Translations under genes and position numbers: made by a program
Notes under the pieces: generated by a model
What the model was told of the DNA's origin: nothing
Databases searched by the model: none
Seen by the model: the letters and a program-made list of their open reading frames with translations, nothing else
In this document: piece by piece, positions 58,351-64,000 of the stretch
How the letters are laid out: each line of letters begins with the position of its first letter
How positions within the stretch are numbered: the stretch's first letter is position 1
DNA from: the human T2T-CHM13v2.0 reference genome, Homo sapiens
Assembly: GCA_009914755.4 (NCBI GenBank)
Contig: CP086569.2
Span: forward strand, 26,848,001-26,912,000
Length of the DNA: 64,000 nt
Reading direction: 5' to 3'

Positions 58351-61300
58351 TAAAGAATAAGCAGCACACAATATATGGAAACTGGCATTTAAGTAGGTAA
58401 GTATTATACAGAGTGATAAGTGCTATGTTAGAGGAAGTTCTGCATAGCATTACAACTTTTAGAAGGGGCATCCCTGATTTGCTACTCTGCAGTACCTCTT
58501 GGACAGGTGTTGTCCACCAATTCTGCTCTAGTCAGATCAATTCATATTCAGTAATTTTAAAAAGCATTTTATTATGCAAATTTTTGAATTCCATATGAAA
58601 GTAAAGAGAACAGTAATTAGTTGCGATGTATCCATCATGTACAGTCAACAACCATCATTACTTTGGAATATTGAGGCTTCTATCGCCCAACTACTCTTTT
58701 TAATTTTGTTTGAGAGGGGTTTATAAAATATTACAGCATTATGTTATTTTACCAGAAAATACTTAAATACACATCTCTGACAATAATATTTTAAATAGAT
58801 TTTACATATCACCATGTCACTGGCATACTTAATAACATTAACCTATTATGCTAAGAAAATTAATTAAATTCTTTAACACCATCTAATATCATCTATACTC
58901 AAAAATCCCTCAGATCATGCAATTGATTGACAGAGAAACCGGACTGTTTGTCCTATAGACCATCCCACATTCTGAATATCACAGATTGGTTCCTTATGAC
59001 TTCATTTAATATACTCCTCTTTTTCTGGTATTTCCCTTAAAATTGTGTGTAGCCCCAGAGCCTTAATTGTATTTTGTTCCAATTTTAGGCAATAATATTT
59101 AGTGAGTGGTGGTGTATACTTTCCATTACACTGCCTTGGAGGCATATAATGTCTGATTGTCCTACTTCCAGTAATGGAAACTGTCACTGTGGGTTCAGAT
59201 GATGTCAACCTGACCCTTCCATCATCAAATTTCTCACCAACACTTCAACTAAGGTTTTTAGAATTAATTGATTATTGTTGTCAAGGTACATTATGCTTTT
59301 AGGGGATGCAAAATGGAGATTTTCTTCTTCTATCATTCCTTTTGAATCTATCAATTCAACAAAGAATAACTTTCTCTCCATAATTATTAGCTTATCTTAA
59401 AATGCCCTTCATCTGGAAAGTGACGATGAATGCTTTAAAATTTCCCCTTCATCTGTTTTCAGAAAAATGGGTTGATGTCTTAGCAACTTCCAATGATATC
59501 TAATAAGTTTTTATCATTCTGAATTTATTTACTTTTATACTTGTGATGTGTTTTTGACGATTGAAGTTATTATTGCTCAAATTATGTCTTTTTCTGTCCA
59601 GTGGGAGTTCACTAAGTTAACATGTATGTTAATATTTTGCTTAACTTGAAATTGAGATGCCTCTTTGAATTATACTCACTCCCAACATCTCTCCCTTTTA
59701 AAATACTATATGTTGCTACAAGACTTTGTTGGAATATCACATGAATACACTTGAATCCTCTAATCACTAGCCACATATTGGATAGTGTTCAATATTCATT
59801 CTAACTTTTCAAGATATCACCAATTAACTCCAATTCAATTCTATGTCAGACATGTCACTTAACTGAAATTTGAGGTTCTATCACTCTTCATACCTACGAA
59901 TTCTGTTTATACTCATTGTTATGGAATTTGGAGTTCTCCACGATTTGTCCTTAAACTTATTTCTCATTACTACTTTACCCTACCTCATTGCTGCCCTATT
60001 TGTCTTTTTCAGCTTCTGAAAGGCAGATCCTTATTGAATACTTCCTGCAAGTCTAGGTTCGTGGAAGTTTCTGAGTGAATTTGGGAAAGGGTAAAGGGAG
60101 TTGAAATCAAAACAGTAAGAGATGTATTCAAATTTTTTTGCTAATTCCCCTAACTCCCTTTGCTATGGCTCTAGGCTCACCAAAAGAATACTGTCGGTTA
60201 TGGGTCTTTCTAGGTAGATCTTACTTTCAAAAAGAGACTGCTCTCACCAAAGTAATATATTGCCTATTTCTCTTTCAGTTATGTTTTTTTTTCATAAATA
60301 AGTTCCTGGCCTTTTCATTACAGGTAGCTTTCCATGCTGTATCTTTTACATAAAGTCCATAGATATTCATGGATTATAAAAGTCTAGTGATGCCTGAGAC
60401 CTTAGAGACCGTATAACCTATTGTATCTCAACAGGGATCAATGGACTAGATATATTAGAACGATCCCTGGAAATTTTCATTCTATAGGACTGGGATGAGG
60501 ATAAAAAACTGTGCTTTTTATACAAATAAAAACTTCCCAGGTGATTCTGCACAGTAAGACTTGGAAAACCCTCCTATTTTATAATTCCTTACTTTTGCTG
60601 ATGAATTAACAGGCCTAGGAAAGAGAAGAAATCTTTTCTTTACACATAATTTCTTGCTTAGGGTCTCGATCATACCACAGTTGACTTTTGAGCAGTTATT
60701 TACAACTCCAGCACTATGTACTAAAAAAGATTGAAGCGGTTCAGTTTGGAAGATCTACATTAGGGAAACAACACCTAGAGTAAATCCTGGAGCAGATTGT
60801 GAAGTCAGTCCCAAATGTCATTTGGGCACAAGTGTTTTTTGCTTCTATTGCTGAAATGCACATAACTTATGCCATGGGACATATTCAAAGAGGCAGAAAG
60901 CTACAATTAGAAGGTGGCAATAACACACATTGCCATCAATGAATTTAGAGAAAAAATAATTGAACTTGTCATTAAAGTCAAAGCTGGATGCATTTTGGAA
61001 GGGTAATCAATTTCTGAAGGGCCCCAGTGCAAACTATTCACATCGTTGGAGGTTGTTCTCAGCTACATGCTACAATTAGGCAAGTAGGTTGTACTTTAAT
61101 ACTAATGGGTAGTTCTTGTTCTGTGATATAAACCCATTTTCGAGACTTCTATGCCTATATCAATTGTATATGCCAATACCTCCTCAGATGTGTATCTGTA
61201 CATTATTTTTCTTAATGATATTGAACACTTTCATATGTGAGGCAAAACCATAAAGCATTTTATTGTCAGATAAGGGAGTAAGACAACTTGTATAGGTTTG

Positions 61301-61429
61301 AATTAAAAGATAAGTTTACTTAGTAGTATTGGTTCAGAGGCAAGAATTATCACATTCAATTTGTGGAAGATAATGAGAAAGATTGATGGCATACGAGGTG
61401 GGCCTTGGAGAATGGGGTGGGTGGAGACA

Positions 61430-61512
61430 GATGAGAGAGATGAGGGGAGAGGGAAGGAGGGAGGGAGAGAGAGAGAGAGGGAGAGAGAAAAGCAAGAAAG
61501 GAGAGAGAAAGA
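61430..61512. repeat. GA-rich simple repeat
   Basis: 'gagagagatgaggggagagggaaggagggagggagagagagagagagggagagagaaaagcaagaaaggagagagaaag'. Confidence 0.85.
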
Positions 61513-64000
61513 ATGAACAAAAGCATTCATTCCAGGCTTCCAGGCTCAGAGAATTGTATGAATAACGCTACAGGTGAATGAGAGTACAAAATAGATCAGG
61601 CTAACCCAGAGACTTATCCTTAGCAGACATTATTTGAAAGGACAGTTCACCCTCTAAGTTTCCTTAAGAAGTTTTCACTGGAAAGCTCCTGTCTTCCGCT
61701 TTCATAGTTTGGTGGTAAACAGAGAGGTGTAGTTGAACATCACCTGTAGACCAAATAGGGTGTTAACAGAAAACTAGAACTCTGACAATGATGCTATAAT
61801 TATGCGGAAGGAGGGTCAGTAGTGTTAAGGAAAAGGGAGTAAAGGATTTAGAAACCGAAGGGTAAATTTTCAGCCTCTTCCTTGCTACAAATTAAGCATA
61901 TCACCTTGGGTTTTTACTCAATGTCTTTTGCACCTTGCTTTCTTTCTTTATAAAAATAGGATGAAAACGCCTCTTCTTTCTAGGTCTGTGGATTGCTGTG
62001 AGGATCAAATAAGATAAATGCAAATTTTGGTGTTATTATTAGAAGTAATAATGGTAAAATGGAGTATTTCATATCATTTAAAGATTTTTTATATATGCTA
62101 AGATATTTTTTCATACTTTTTCAAAATATCAATTCTGTAGTGCCATAAATAATTGTATTAAATGAATCGCTGGTACAAAGATCACATTCTGGTTCATAAG
62201 TCCTGTCTGGATGACTTAGAAATATTTAACTGTTAATATGAATATGGAAATCCAGCAGACTGAATCATTAAGGAGGAAAAAGGACCCGTTTTATGCATCA
62301 GACAGATTTCAGTAGCTTATATTGTCTACCTACAGGAGCTGGACACAATGATTCTTGCATATTTTGGATTCAAATGCATTTTTATTATTATTTTACCCCT
62401 GAAGCTAGGTTTGGAAAGACAACATTTGTTACTTAAGACAACTTAGAAAAAAAAAAAAACTATTTCTAAGTTATCACATTGAAAGGGTTGTTATGAGACC
62501 ATCACATTATTTTATTTGCCAAATATGAATATGTTTCCTCAGTAATGTACTTTTGATTGTTATTGTTTTTAGAGAAATAAGATACTGTTCTCAATAAAAT
62601 AAAGAACATGCTCAAATAACGAACTAATAAAGGGATAAAAATAGTCAATTAACATTGAGACGCTTGTTCACTGTCACTAGTAATCAAATAAATACAATGC
62701 AAATAAATCATTGAGTTATTATTTCAAACTATCGAATTTGCAAACATTTAAAAGAAAAAGAGCTGGCAAATTCATAACCTCCTTTAAAAAGGGAATACTT
62801 AAATGAATTATAGTAGAGTGATTCAAGTACATTATAAAGAATAGATGGCAGTGAGGAAATAATCATAATAAATACATAAAAATCTGATGTATAATTGGTG
62901 ATCTGTAAGAAAATGTGGGGAAAAGGTAGTAGCATTTACTTCTGAATGGTTGTACAATTTTTAGAGTTTTAAAAACTCCATTTCTGAATTTTCTGCAATA
63001 ATTATTACTGTTATTATCAGTAAAAATGAGAAAACAAAAATATGTGTGTGTGCACTCATACATGAATGCACACCTACTTCTTCTAGAGTTGTTTGGTTCT
63101 TAGTTACAGTAAAACTATAATCTACCACAAAATGACAGCAGCATGCTTTACTGAGCTGCAGTTGTGCATATGGCCTGTTTATTCTTTTTTTTTTTTTTTT
63201 TGGTCAACCTGTACTTCTTGTTTGGCTTTCTGTATTATAGATATTTGATATTATAAATATAAATATTATAGATGTTTGCAAGTTACATGTTTCTAATTGC
63301 CCAGCTACAAATATCAGTGGTGGTATATGCACTATCTACTACACTCATTCGGGACATAAATTTATATAACAGAAAGGCTACTGTTTTTGTAATTTAAATA
63401 CACAGGGCTATTTTATTCTATGGGAGCAAGCAGAATTTAATTTAAACTGGCGTTTTTTCTGTAGACCTGGGAGTAGAATTTTTTTTTTTTTTTGAGATGG
63501 AGTCTTGCTCTTAATTTTACCCAGGGATGCACTATTTTATTATTTTATAGTGAATAATATCTGACAAGCATGCATTATATTGCTACCTGCTGAGTCATGA
63601 ATACATGAATACTACCAAGTAAATAGCTCAAATTTATAAATTTTAAAGCAATTTTTATTTTTGAATTGATCTTGTGTTTTTGATAGAATATACCTAAAAG
63701 GCTTAAAGTGCATGTAACTGAGCAATTTTCTTTTATGTAATGATGCAAAGTATATGAATAGTAAGTAATCTGACTCAGCAAAGAGACAAGAGTTCATACC
63801 CAAGAGATTCGTGCTTTGAGGTTTGGAAATAGCTCTTGTTATGTATTTTTGATCTTGGGTGGGCTATTAGCTATAAGTCTTGGTGTCTTCATCCATAAAA
63901 TGGTATTAATAGCACCTGCCTTTTCTGCTTTTCAGGTGTAGAGACTTGAAAAGTAAATAATAATACGTGGAAGTTCTCTACCGCCTTCTGTGCCCAGCTT

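Overview
The window is primate (human-type) nuclear genomic DNA, AT-rich and built almost entirely from nested transposable elements. I could not support any cellular protein-coding exon, CpG island, tRNA, rRNA or prokaryotic-style system. Every long ORF in the six-frame track falls inside L1 or endogenous-retrovirus (ERV) sequence or is low-complexity. All calls are from reading the sequence; family names are from memory, with no database search.

The main content is:
- **Paralogous blocks.** Two blocks of about 4-5 kb (1-~3707 and ~18950-~24340) are roughly 80% identical, with differential insertions.
- **ERV1 and ERV2.** Two related class I (gammaretrovirus-like) proviruses lie in the same (minus) orientation: ERV1 at 3708-12537 (gag-pro-pol-env, 5' LTR truncated) and ERV2 at 41224-46814 (463/461-bp LTRs, 4-bp TGAC target-site duplication, integrase and env deleted). 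Both carry a primer-binding site (PBS) matching the 3' end of tRNA-Arg.
- **Other ERV material.** An isolated env fragment of the same family sits in the opposite orientation at ~35690-36560. A HERV-K-like (betaretroviral) gag/dUTPase/protease mosaic sits at ~56427-57610.
- **L1 copies.** One has an ORF2 internal deletion (28969-32036). One has a short 5'UTR joined directly to mid-ORF2 (37843-41041). One is a textbook twin-priming inversion with a perfect 12-bp target-site duplication (32719-33536). Two overlapping minus-strand L1 fragments lie at 24522-27720.
- **Alus.** There are at least eight Alu copies or fragments. One Alu is split into halves at 28833-28968 and 41042-41208 by a 12-kb composite block, bounded by 17-bp direct repeats.
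- **Other repeats.** Simple repeats are (ATT)n, (CA)n, (TG)n, (TA)n and a GA-rich tract. There is a 2 x 127-bp tandem duplication and a 14-bp perfect inverted repeat.
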